Part shown: positions 7,597-16,648 of the stretch, in pieces
Position numbering within the stretch: position 1 is the first letter of the stretch
Layout: each line of letters begins with the position of its first letter
Source of the DNA: an uncultured Gammaproteobacteria bacterium
GTDB lineage: Bacteria; Patescibacteriota; Patescibacteriia; UBA9934
DNA: 61,139 nucleotides
Assembly (NCBI GenBank): GCA_964599455.1
Contig: CAZREA010000001.1
Span: 419,829-480,967, forward strand
Direction: 5' to 3'
Made by a program: the position numbers and the translations under genes
The notes under the pieces: generated by a model
The model's database searches: none
The model's input: only the letters and a program-made list of their open reading frames with translations
What the model was told of the DNA's origin: nothing

Positions 7597-8910
7597 TTAT
7601 GGACGAAGTCGCTGTACATCACGTGGGAAAATCGTCGCCTCCTTGATGTTGGCGAGTCCAAGCACATTTTGCGTCAAACGCTGCAGGCCCATACCAAATC
7701 CGCCTTCAGGCGGGATGCCGTATTTGTGCATCATGAGGTAATCCTCGAATTGAGCAGGATCTAAACCTTTATCTTTAATACGTTGCACCTGCTCATCATA
7801 GCGATTCACCCGCATGCCACCAGAAATGATTTCACTACCAAAGCCAACAAGATCGAAACTGAGCGTACCGTTCGGATCATCGGGATTGAGTTTTACGTAG
7901 AAGGGGCGTTTCGATGCCGGGTAGTCGGTCACAAATACAAAACCCGATCTGTAATGCTGCGGTGCCCACACGGTCGACAGCCAGCGCTCGCCCGCCGGGG
8001 AAAGATCAGGCTCACTTGTTTCATCAACGCCACCCTCATCTTTATAAACTTGCAGTGCTTCTTTGAGCGAAATACGAGGAAACTTTTCGCCAAGCGGCGG
8101 CAACGTGACACCCAACAACGAGAGCTCAAGTGCACATTCACGCTCAACGGTCGCGAGCATTTCCCGGATCACCGCCTCAGCATGATCCATAATCTCGTCC
8201 ATGCCATCAACAAAACCAAGCTCAAATTCGAATTGATTGAACTCCGTCAAGTGTCGTGACGTCGCAAACTTTTCAGCACGGAAGGAATACGATAAGCCAT
8301 ACACACCTTCGTAGACTCCCATAGTCATTTGCTTATACAACTGCGCAGATTGTGTGAGCGTTGCTTCACGACCGTAATAGTCAACCTTAAAAAACTCTGC
8401 ACCACCTTCAGAAGCAGCACCTGCCAAAACAGGAAAGAAGATCTCTGTGAATCCCTGACGATTCATGTACTCGCGATAGCCACGAACAAGCGCAGCTTGG
8501 ACGCGGAAAATAGCGCGTTGCTTTGGGTGACGTAAAGTAACGACGCGATTATCCAACAATGTATCGAGCTGTGCATCAATTTCCGGTTTGCTGATTTCCA
8601 CTGGAACTGGATCAAGAACCGGTGAGAGTATCTCGATCGTTTGCGCTTGCACTTCAACTTCTTTTACGCTTGGATCTTTGCTCTTTTTTTCCTTTACGAC
8701 GCCGGTAACCTTAAGAACTGTTTCCATCTGGAAGCCTTTTAGCTGCTCAAGATGTTGCGGTTCTAAAACGACCTGCACAAGTCCGGTTCGATCACGCAAA
8801 ATAGCGAAACCAAAATTCTTCATGTCGCGAAGATTGTGAAGCCAGCCAGCAATAATCACCGTTTCGCCGAGAAGTAAAGGAAGTTCAGAGATGAGTTTGC
8901 GATTGTGCAT
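7597..8910 (-). CDS. aspS: Aspartyl-tRNA synthetase, archaeal/eukaryal-type class IIb
   Basis: OB-fold N-terminus (VIIAGWLHNLRDMKNFGFAILRDRTGLVQVV), class II motifs (FRAEKFATSRHLTEF; GGFGMGLQRL) and C-terminus FPRDVQRLRP. Start chosen at ATG 8910; the alternative at 9000 adds 30 non-conserved residues. Confidence 0.9.
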   Translation of the reverse strand: MHNRKLISELPLLLGETVIIAGWLHNLRDMKNFGFAILRDRTGLVQVVLEPQHLEQLKGFQMETVLKVTGVVKEKKSKDPSVKEVEVQAQTIEILSPVLDPVPVEISKPEIDAQLDTLLDNRVVTLRHPKQRAIFRVQAALVRGYREYMNRQGFTEIFFPVLAGAASEGGAEFFKVDYYGREATLTQSAQLYKQMTMGVYEGVYGLSYSFRAEKFATSRHLTEFNQFEFELGFVDGMDEIMDHAEAVIREMLATVERECALELSLLGVTLPPLGEKFPRISLKEALQVYKDEGGVDETSEPDLSPAGERWLSTVWAPQHYRSGFVFVTDYPASKRPFYVKLNPDDPNGTLSFDLVGFGSEIISGGMRVNRYDEQVQRIKDKGLDPAQFEDYLMMHKYGIPPEGGFGMGLQRLTQNVLGLANIKEATIFPRDVQRLRP

Positions 8911-9059
8911 AGGAGTTAGGAGTGATGAGCGAGGGCCATGATCTGTCCACCACGATGGTCTTCTGAGCCAGCCGTCGGCAAAATTCCATTTTGCCGTCAA
9001 CGGCGTTTCTCAGCCGACCGGAGCAAGGACAGATCATTGCCCGAGCGATATCAAAATAT

Positions 9060-10364
9060 TTATGGAGTAAATCTATTAAGCATCCGAGGAAACGCGATCG
9101 TTTCCCGAATATGATGCACACCGGTAATCCAGCGAACCGTGCGTTCTAATCCAATACCGAATCCACTGTGCGGAACTGAACCGTATTTGCGCGTGTTCAA
9201 GTACCATTCGTATTGTTCAAGTGGATATTTGCGATCGATGATTTCTTGACGCAGAACTTCATAACTCTCTTCACGTTGGCTCCCACCAATAATCTCTCTT
9301 CCCTCTTCCGGCGCAATTAAATCAGCACACCGCGCACGGACGACACCTTCTTCATCCGCATAACGCTTCATGTAAAACGACTTCACGACAAGCGGATAAT
9401 CTTGAATGAAGACGGGTAGCTGATATTTGTTTCCTAAATGAATTTCTTCCTCAGTCGTCATGTCATCAAGGCGATCAACCGTTAAACCATCAGCAGCTAA
9501 GAGATCTTTCGCCTGAGCATGCGTCAAGCGAACAAACGGCTCATCAACCAGACGTTGTAGCAACGTTGTATCGCGTTCGAGAATCTTGAGCTCTTCCTGA
9601 CAATGTTCAAGCACATCTTTTACGATTCTTTTCACCATCTTTTCTTGCAAATCCATGTTCATGACCTGATCAAAAAAAGCCATCTCCGCATCCATCATCC
9701 ATAACTCTGATAAGTGATGCCGTGTCTTGCTTTTCTCGGCACGAAACACTGGTCCAAAATCATACACTTTACCAAAACCCATGATACCGGCCTCGCTATA
9801 AAGCTGACCTGATTGTGACAAATACATTGGTGTACCGTAATAGTCGACACTGAACAGCTGGGTCGTATCTTCGCAACTCGTCGGCTGCAAAATTGGTGCA
9901 TCAAAACGAATAAAACCTTCTTCGTGAAAGAATTGCTCAATTGAGAAAAAAACCCGATCACGAATACGCAATACTGCCCAAGGTGTTTTTGAGCGTAAGT
10001 ACAGATCGCGATTATCAAATAAAAATTCCGGACCATGATCTTTTTTCCCAATCGGATATTCATCGGTAAAAATATGGATTGCCTTGAAACTTGTACCTTG
10101 AATTTCAAATCCAGATGGCGCTCGAGGTTCCGCTTTAACCAAACCCGTGATCTCCACCGAAGATTCGATAGTCAACTTCTGCAATTCTTCCCACTGCTCA
10201 GCGGAAAGTTCAGCGGCGCTGTAGACAATCTGGACAAAACCAGAGCCGTCGCGAAACTGCAAAAAGAAGATCTTTCCGCTCGAACGGAAATTATATGCCC
10301 AACCTTTCAGCGTTACTTCTTGACCGACATGCTCAGCAAGGTGATTGATAGTGATAAAAGACAT
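9060..10364 (-). CDS. asnS: Asparaginyl-tRNA synthetase
   Basis: KGWAYNFRSSGKIFFLQFRDGSGFVQIV, FRAEKSKTRHHLSELWMMDAE, GFGIGLERTVRWITG..IRETIAFPR. AsnRS-type class IIb. Confidence 0.9.
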   Translation of the reverse strand: MSFITINHLAEHVGQEVTLKGWAYNFRSSGKIFFLQFRDGSGFVQIVYSAAELSAEQWEELQKLTIESSVEITGLVKAEPRAPSGFEIQGTSFKAIHIFTDEYPIGKKDHGPEFLFDNRDLYLRSKTPWAVLRIRDRVFFSIEQFFHEEGFIRFDAPILQPTSCEDTTQLFSVDYYGTPMYLSQSGQLYSEAGIMGFGKVYDFGPVFRAEKSKTRHHLSELWMMDAEMAFFDQVMNMDLQEKMVKRIVKDVLEHCQEELKILERDTTLLQRLVDEPFVRLTHAQAKDLLAADGLTVDRLDDMTTEEEIHLGNKYQLPVFIQDYPLVVKSFYMKRYADEEGVVRARCADLIAPEEGREIIGGSQREESYEVLRQEIIDRKYPLEQYEWYLNTRKYGSVPHSGFGIGLERTVRWITGVHHIRETIAFPRMLNRFTP

Positions 10365-10535
10365 AAAAGAAAAAACGCACTTACCTTTACAAAAATCACT
10401 AAGGAATGATTCTTGTAAGGGCGAGAGCGTTTGCTTCGCGGTGCCACCTTACTTTGTACTCTTTTTCGCATTGCGGAGCGAAGCCCGATCTGCTCGGCGG
10501 TTGTTCAGCCGCGTCATTGCATCTATCTTGACAAT
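10365..10535 (-). promoter_or_regulatory. T-box-type leader upstream of asnS
   Basis: The minus strand carries AAGGUGGCACCGCGAAG (10434-10450), matching the conserved T-box sequence. Upstream is a short hairpin GCGG-CUGAACAA-CCGC that exposes AAC (an Asn codon). Putative promoter TTGACA-18-TATTGT at 10560-10531. Confidence 0.65.
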
Positions 10536-10556
10536 ACTGGAAAGAAAAACAAGCTG

Positions 10557-11336
10557 TCAAGCCGAGAGATGTGCACCCTCCCAATATGGCCTCTCTAAGT
10601 AGCCCGGCACATGCATCCGCAACAAATCATGCACGCAAGAAGAAAAATGATACACCGGCTGTGGAGCAATGGCGGTACGCGCCAAATCAGCATAGGCCGC
10701 CTCGCGAGCATAACGCAGCAGGGCCACAATTTCTTCATCAATCATGCGTGCGCTAAACCATTCCTGCGCCTGACCCAAAAAACATTCAGTGCACACGAGC
10801 CCGCCTTTCAAATCATGCCAACGAAATGACAATGGCATAATTCCCGTTCGACAAGAAAGACACACATCAAGTTCGGGCTCATATCCCAAATGTCGCATCA
10901 GGCGTAAAAATAATCCACCTAGTAAAAAAGTGCTACGCGAAGGCGGCAAAGCGGGAATGGTATTTAAAAAGGTGAAAAAGCCGACTACTTCTTCATACAA
11001 GGCTTCATCAACAAAATCCGGTTTTACCATCTTATCAATGAATCCCATGGCTACCTGGCCCAGTAAACGATGTTCAAGTGTACACAAACATTGTGAAAAA
11101 ACTTCAAGACGCTCGGCTCCAATAACCGTCGTTTGACGCTTACCGACGATAAGTTCCAACTGAACAAGTGCGAACAATTCTAAATGCGATGCTAATTTTG
11201 CTTTTGCTTTCCGAGCACCACGTCCAATAAATTCAATCTTCCCAAAATCCTTGGTCAGTGCGCGATATTTTCGATCCGCCTCTTTAAACGGTTCAACTGC
11301 AATAATAAGGGCCGAGGTTTTAACAGATGACCACAT
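10557..11336 (-). CDS. recO: DNA repair protein RecO
   Basis: N-terminal OB region (ALIIAVEPFKEADRKYRALTKDFGKIEFIGRGARK) and a C-terminal zinc motif (CLSC..CTEC). Confidence 0.82.
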   Translation of the reverse strand: MWSSVKTSALIIAVEPFKEADRKYRALTKDFGKIEFIGRGARKAKAKLASHLELFALVQLELIVGKRQTTVIGAERLEVFSQCLCTLEHRLLGQVAMGFIDKMVKPDFVDEALYEEVVGFFTFLNTIPALPPSRSTFLLGGLFLRLMRHLGYEPELDVCLSCRTGIMPLSFRWHDLKGGLVCTECFLGQAQEWFSARMIDEEIVALLRYAREAAYADLARTAIAPQPVYHFSSCVHDLLRMHVPGYLERPYWEGAHLSA

Positions 11337-11449
11337 AGAGAATAAAACAGACGGACACAGATCAAAAAGTATAAACAGATACGAGAAGAATCGCGGTTAA
11401 TATCTGGATTCAAAAATGAATTCTTTAGGTGCACATCTGTCTGGAATCC

Positions 11450-11857
11450 TTAAAATCTGCGTTCATCTGTTCTTCCATCCAAAAACTCCTGCGTAATCAC
11501 CATCGCGGCTAATGCATCTTCAGGAGCTTTAGTGGCATTTTCTCGCTGTAAACGTTTGGCCTCATGCGAGGTAAAGGCTTCATCAATAATCTCTACCGGT
11601 AGGCCAGATAATTCTTTCAGTGACGCAATGAACACCTTTGTTCGTTCCCATTGTGCAGGGTTCTGCTGTGTGGTCGTAGGCACCGGTAAGCCTACAACAA
11701 AAGCATCAATGCCTTCCTTGGATGCTAGAGCAATAATACGTTGAACCACATCAGCACCACCTTCTATCATGTCAAAGGGAACAGCAATACGCGAAGCGCT
11801 GTCTCCAAGTGCAAGTCCAACCTTGCGTAAGCCGTAATCAATACCCAGATATTTCAC
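11450..11857 (-). CDS. ruvX: Holliday junction resolvase-like protein RuvX/YqgF
   Basis: MKYLGIDYGLRKVGLALGD RNase H-like start. Length 135 aa. Confidence 0.87.
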   Translation of the reverse strand: MKYLGIDYGLRKVGLALGDSASRIAVPFDMIEGGADVVQRIIALASKEGIDAFVVGLPVPTTTQQNPAQWERTKVFIASLKELSGLPVEIIDEAFTSHEAKRLQRENATKAPEDALAAMVITQEFLDGRTDERRF

Positions 11858-11862
11858 AAATA

Positions 11863-12291
11863 TTATTTTGCGGTAAATGAAATCTTAACAACCTCTCCAT
11901 TCACCATAACAGGACGATCAATACCCGGCTCATAAACACCATCTCCATCATCAACAATCAAAAGAGCAAAATAGTTCACGCCACTTTCAAGATGCTCTGA
12001 GGAAACAACGTAGTTAGTATACGCATCGGGCTTAAGAAGATCACTTACTCCGATAATTTTTCCTGGGGCAACGCCCATAGCTTCATGAATGGTAATGAAA
12101 CCTTCCTTCTGAATACTCGCATCAATCTGCACCATCGAGCCTTGCGCTTCCTCTATTGTTAGCGAGCTCCCCGATACTTCCAAAGGAGCAAAGGAGACCT
12201 CAGGAGCATCAGGAGCGAACATGAAAAATGCCGCCAAGCCGCCAAGCATAAGGAAAAGAAACGCAAGACCCGTGATATCACCTTTTTTCAT
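11863..12291 (-). CDS. Hypothetical membrane-anchored protein
   Basis: N-terminal TM anchor (ITGLAFLFLMLGGLAAFFMF) followed by a beta-rich domain. No known motif. Confidence 0.55.
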   Translation of the reverse strand: MKKGDITGLAFLFLMLGGLAAFFMFAPDAPEVSFAPLEVSGSSLTIEEAQGSMVQIDASIQKEGFITIHEAMGVAPGKIIGVSDLLKPDAYTNYVVSSEHLESGVNYFALLIVDDGDGVYEPGIDRPVMVNGEVVKISFTAK

Positions 12292-12490
12292 AATGCTTTT
12301 TCAGTATATCTTCCATCCACGCACGATCGTTATCGTCGATAACTTCATACGGCACAAAAAAAGTCGCTGATCCCATGCGTGTTTCATATCCTCCATCATA
12401 ATGCTCATGACGAACATACACGTTTTCCTGAGGAGCAAAAGCGCGGCAAAAATCACGAATCCATGTTTGATCACGCTCTTCATCGCGCAT
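12278..12490 (-). CDS. Hypothetical small protein (70 aa)
   Basis: ATG start 3 nt after the map stop. 14-nt overlap with the next gene. No family recognised. Confidence 0.45.
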   Translation of the reverse strand: MRDEERDQTWIRDFCRAFAPQENVYVRHEHYDGGYETRMGSATFFVPYEVIDDNDRAWMEDILKKHYEKR

Positions 12491-12493
12491 AGC

Positions 12494-13273
12494 TTACAAA
12501 TCAATCTCCGGTTGCGGAGTAAGAATTTCTGGACCCGCTTCCAAAAGCGCAATTGTTACTTCAAAATGCGCAGCATCACTACCATCTGACGTCACAATCG
12601 TCCAGCCATCGGTTGAAACTTCAACTTCATCCGTCCCCCGCGTCACCATTGGCTCAATTGCCAAACACATACCAGCTTGCAATGCCACTTTCGCAAAAGA
12701 CTTGCTTACAAAATTCGGTACGTGCGGCGATTCATGAACCGCATGCCCAACACCATGACCGACAAGAGATTTCACAATGCCATACCCACGCGGAACCGTT
12801 CCCTCAACCGCTGCAGCGATATCATGCGTCGTCTTCCCTACCTCAGCAGCCCAGACTCCAGCATACATAGCATCACGAGTAATACGTAACAGCTTCCGCC
12901 GTGCCTCAGTAATTTTACCAACCGGAACAGTAACCGCCATGTCCGTGCACAAATCTTTATACCAACAACCAATATCAAGTCCCACGATATCCCCTTCTTC
13001 AAGAACGATATCTCGGCCACCTACACCATGCACAACTTCATCATTACGAGAAATACAAACCGTGGAAGGAAAAGGAATTTTTCCACCTGCTTTATATCCT
13101 TTGAACGAAGGCTTTCCGCCACCAGTAATAATCGCAGCTTCAGCAATAGCATCAAGTTCTTTCATGGTAACACCGGGCCGAATCGCAGCAATCGCCTTGC
13201 TTAAAGCTGATGAAAGCAAAAGCCCACCTTCACGGAGTGCATCAATTTCTTTTGGAGATTTTATAAGAGACAT
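12494..13273 (-). CDS. map: Methionine aminopeptidase type I
   Basis: Metal ligands in context (VVHGVGG; DIVGLDIG; VGHGVGHAVHE; LAIEPM; FEVT). Confidence 0.94.
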   Translation of the reverse strand: MSLIKSPKEIDALREGGLLLSSALSKAIAAIRPGVTMKELDAIAEAAIITGGGKPSFKGYKAGGKIPFPSTVCISRNDEVVHGVGGRDIVLEEGDIVGLDIGCWYKDLCTDMAVTVPVGKITEARRKLLRITRDAMYAGVWAAEVGKTTHDIAAAVEGTVPRGYGIVKSLVGHGVGHAVHESPHVPNFVSKSFAKVALQAGMCLAIEPMVTRGTDEVEVSTDGWTIVTSDGSDAAHFEVTIALLEAGPEILTPQPEIDL

Positions 13274-13302
13274 AACGTAAGGCAGAGCGTCAGAGGCAGA
13301 AG

Positions 13303-13848
13303 TTATATAATCATGGCAATACGTTGTGCGATTTCATCAATCATGCCCACACCGTTTACGTGCCGAACAAGTCCACGTTTCGTATATTCTTCAAGCATAG
13401 GTAACGTTTCCGCTTCGTAAATATCCAGACGTCGCACCATAACTTCAGGTGTATCATCACTGCGACTCTCTTTTTCAATACGCTGCGTCAATCGTCGCAA
13501 AGATTCTTCGCGAGGAACATCCAGAACAATAACCTGTGTTGGTTGATCATAACGATCATAAGCCAGAAATTGATGATAATTCCGAGGAAACCCATCAAGA
13601 AGATAACCGCCTTTGGCGTGCAGAGTATCCAATTTCCGGTCAAGAACCGTAATAGCGATATCGTCAGATACCAATTCTCCCGCCTCAAGAATTGGTCGAA
13701 TACGTTCAGCAAGCATACCCCCCTCCGCAATAACTTCTCGCAAGAGATGTCCCATTGATAATACGGGAATACCTAATCTCTGTCCCAATAATGCGGCCTG
13801 TGTCCCCTTTCCCGACCCTTGCGGACCCAGCAGAAGGATTTTATGCAT
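13303..13848 (-). CDS. adk: Adenylate kinase (short form, no zinc lid)
   Basis: P-loop GPQGSGKGTQA and LLDGFPRN. Confidence 0.93.
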   Translation of the reverse strand: MHKILLLGPQGSGKGTQAALLGQRLGIPVLSMGHLLREVIAEGGMLAERIRPILEAGELVSDDIAITVLDRKLDTLHAKGGYLLDGFPRNYHQFLAYDRYDQPTQVIVLDVPREESLRRLTQRIEKESRSDDTPEVMVRRLDIYEAETLPMLEEYTKRGLVRHVNGVGMIDEIAQRIAMII

Positions 13849-13867
13849 ACGCCACCTATGGTAAACG

Positions 13868-13901
13868 AAAACACCTCACTTTGAAAGAAATGAGGTGTTT
13901 T
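13868..13901 (-). terminator. Hairpin (attenuator/terminator) between secY and adk
   Basis: aaaacacctca-12 nt-tgaggtgtttt with a U-run on the minus strand. Confidence 0.55.
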
Positions 13902-13926
13902 CTGTGGGCATTTTTCCTTTCGCGCC

Positions 13927-15183
13927 TTAACCGTCGTATGAATGCGTTGTAAGCTGAGCTTCAACCTGCTTCACGACATCAATAACAACCGATACCACAA
14001 TAAGCACCGAGGCACCCCCGACCGCCAACGACGGATTTGCCGTAATTGCCTGCACAATGGTTGGTAATACTGCCAAAACAGCAAGAAATACCGCACCAAC
14101 AAGCAAAATACGATTCATAACCCATTGTAAATACTGTACCGTTTTCTCTCCTGGACGAACACCCGGAATAAATCCACCTTGCTTTTGCAAATTATCACTA
14201 ATCTGCTGCGGACGAAAAACAATTGAGGCGTAAAAGAAGGTAAAAAGCACAACCAGTAAAAACTGTGCAATACCGTAAAAGAGATGATTACTCGAAAAGG
14301 CAATAACCCACCGCGCTACCGTGCGAACCCATTCCGTAGAAGCCGCTGTAAAGAATTGCGCAATCAATGCTGGGGTCACGAGCAGTGACATCGCAAACAA
14401 AATCGGGATCATGCCTCCCATATTTACCCGTAAAGGCAGAGCAGACGACACTTTTCCCGAACCACCTCGTGCATATTGCACAGGAATATTTCTTTGCGCT
14501 TCGCTCACAAAAACTACGCCCAGCACCGTTAACAACGTCAATGCAGCAAAGAGCAATACGTCAATAAGGTCAGAGGCGGAGTATGTCGAGGCAGTATTAG
14601 CCAAAAATCCTGGGAATGAGGCAACGATACCACCAAAAATCATCAACGAAATACCATTTCCCATCTTCCGTTCAGAAATAAGCTCTCCCAACCACATCAA
14701 AAATAGCGTGCCACTAACCATAGACACCACTGCCACAACCCATTGCCAAGTGGTAAGCACGGTACCAACACCAAAAATACCTTGCTGAGAAAGAAGGGTG
14801 ATTAAACTATATGCTTGAAGTGCCGCCAAAGGAACCGTCGCCACGCGCGTCCAGCGATTCAATGTGCGTCGACCCTGTTCTTCCTTTTGCATTTCTTCTA
14901 CAGAAGGAAAAATCATGCCCAACAATTGAAAAATAATTGAAGCAGTAATGTACGGAGCAACACCTAGCGCAACCAAAGAAAAATTGCTCAGTGTTCCACC
15001 AGCAAAAACGTTCAAAAGACCAAGAAATTGGTTCGCATTCAAGAGTGCCGTCAAGCTCGTCGCATCAATGCCTGGAACAGGAATATGGGCAACGACGCGA
15101 AAGATCGTCAAAACAAACAGGATGAAGAGCAATCCATTTCGCAAATCAGGGGTTTGAAGAATACGCCGCGCAACACCCATCAT
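13927..15183 (-). CDS. secY: Preprotein translocase subunit SecY
   Basis: 10-TM topology, conserved GVAPYITASIIFQLL and GGFIPGVRPG. Confidence 0.95.
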   Translation of the reverse strand: MMGVARRILQTPDLRNGLLFILFVLTIFRVVAHIPVPGIDATSLTALLNANQFLGLLNVFAGGTLSNFSLVALGVAPYITASIIFQLLGMIFPSVEEMQKEEQGRRTLNRWTRVATVPLAALQAYSLITLLSQQGIFGVGTVLTTWQWVVAVVSMVSGTLFLMWLGELISERKMGNGISLMIFGGIVASFPGFLANTASTYSASDLIDVLLFAALTLLTVLGVVFVSEAQRNIPVQYARGGSGKVSSALPLRVNMGGMIPILFAMSLLVTPALIAQFFTAASTEWVRTVARWVIAFSSNHLFYGIAQFLLVVLFTFFYASIVFRPQQISDNLQKQGGFIPGVRPGEKTVQYLQWVMNRILLVGAVFLAVLAVLPTIVQAITANPSLAVGGASVLIVVSVVIDVVKQVEAQLTTHSYDG

Positions 15184-15197
15184 AGAATTTCGTTGAT

Positions 15198-15635
15198 TTA
15201 AGCCTCAACCTTTCCACCAGCCTTTTCAATAGCCTGCTGGGCAGACTGAGAAACGCGGCAGCTTTTTACAGTAACTGAGATTGCGAGCTCACCCAATGCC
15301 AAAATCTTTACCATTTGATGTGCATCAGCAACCAAACCTTTTTTCACAAGCGTGCGAGGAGAAACCACTTCTCCTGCAATAAATTTCTCTTGAATTTCAG
15401 CAAGGTTCACGGTTTGTGCTCGTGCATGGGGAGAAGTAAAACCACGAAGTTTTGGCGTAGCGAGCATGGTGTGACGCATACCCAAACGTTTCAAACCACC
15501 CACGCCTGAACGTGAAGTTTGACCTTTTTGTCCGCGTCCGGCAGTAGTTCCCTTAGAACCCAAGCCGCGACCCACACGCTTCTTGTCTTTTTTGGCTCCG
15601 TACGCAGCACGGAGCGTATGCAAGGTAATCGACAT
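15198..15635 (-). CDS. rplO: 50S ribosomal protein L15
   Basis: KKRVGRGLGSKGTTAGRGQKGQ. Follows rpsE directly, with no L30 gene between. Confidence 0.95.
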   Translation of the reverse strand: MSITLHTLRAAYGAKKDKKRVGRGLGSKGTTAGRGQKGQTSRSGVGGLKRLGMRHTMLATPKLRGFTSPHARAQTVNLAEIQEKFIAGEVVSPRTLVKKGLVADAHQMVKILALGELAISVTVKSCRVSQSAQQAIEKAGGKVEA

Positions 15636-15640
15636 ACAAA

Positions 15641-16276
15641 TTATTTCACTACTTCAACGACTTTTGCTTTTTCACGTCCGTCACGTCGCAACATCTTCAG
15701 AGCATCAAAAGCCGCCTTTACGTTATTGATCTTGTTCTTTCCTCCCATGATCTTCGAAACCGCGTTTGGTACACCCGCAAGTTCAAGCACAATACGCGCT
15801 GGACCGCCACACTTCAATCCCGTACCCACTGGGGCGGGCTTCAGGAGAACTATCGCTGCACCGAATTTTGCATAGACTTCATGAGGAAGTGTTTCGCGTA
15901 CAATCGGAACATGGACAAGATGTTTCTTGGCTTGGCGGGCAGCCTTATCAAGTGCCATGGTAACATCGGCGCCCTTGGCCACACCAAAGCCTACACGGCC
16001 CTTGTGATCACCAACGACGACCGTGGCACGGAAACGCATACGCTTACCACCCTTGGTCACACGTGTCACGCGCGAAAGTTCCAGCGTCTTCTGATCGAAT
16101 TCGCGAGGATCACGTTCTTGCGTGCGGCCACCTCGTCCACCACGACGATCATTGCCACCACCACGCTGTCCGCCTCGGCCACCTCGTCCACCACGACGAT
16201 CCTGAGGTTTCGCTGCAGGCGCGGCATTGGCTGGATTAGTGGCTGGAACGGCTCCTTGTTGTTGTTCTACAGTCAT
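15641..16276 (-). CDS. rpsE: 30S ribosomal protein S5 with Arg/Gly-rich N-terminal extension
   Basis: Core RVTRVTKGGKRMRFRATVVVGDHKGRVGFGVAKG. About 60 aa of RGG repeats precede it. Confidence 0.94.
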   Translation of the reverse strand: MTVEQQQGAVPATNPANAAPAAKPQDRRGGRGGRGGQRGGGNDRRGGRGGRTQERDPREFDQKTLELSRVTRVTKGGKRMRFRATVVVGDHKGRVGFGVAKGADVTMALDKAARQAKKHLVHVPIVRETLPHEVYAKFGAAIVLLKPAPVGTGLKCGGPARIVLELAGVPNAVSKIMGGKNKINNVKAAFDALKMLRRDGREKAKVVEVVK

Positions 16277-16285
16277 AGCAAAAAA

Positions 16286-16642
16286 TTAGAACTCAAGTCC
16301 CGCCTCACGCGCTGCCTCGGCAAGCGCCTTCACACGGCCATGATATAAATAGGAACCGCGATCAAAAAGAACCGTGGCGACGCCCGCTTTCTTGGCCGCT
16401 TCTGCAACCGCAGTGCCAACAAGTGCCGCGATTTCCAAGGGCTTTTTGTTATCCATACCCTTATCGTTGGCACTCACCAGCGTTTTACCTGCGACGTCAT
16501 CGATCACCTGAGCAGAAATATGCTTCTGCGATCGAAAAATCGACAAGCGTGGACGCTCAGCAGTACCTCGGATGGTTGCACGGACGCGGCGGGCTCGACG
16601 AACCGCACGAGCGCGTTTGGCAAGAATTTCTTTACGAGTCAT
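16286..16642 (-). CDS. rplR: 50S ribosomal protein L18
   Basis: [18 protein letters not shown]...[17 protein letters not shown]. Confidence 0.95.
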   Translation of the reverse strand: MTRKEILAKRARAVRRARRVRATIRGTAERPRLSIFRSQKHISAQVIDDVAGKTLVSANDKGMDNKKPLEIAALVGTAVAEAAKKAGVATVLFDRGSYLYHGRVKALAEAAREAGLEF

Positions 16643-16648
16643 AAGAGG

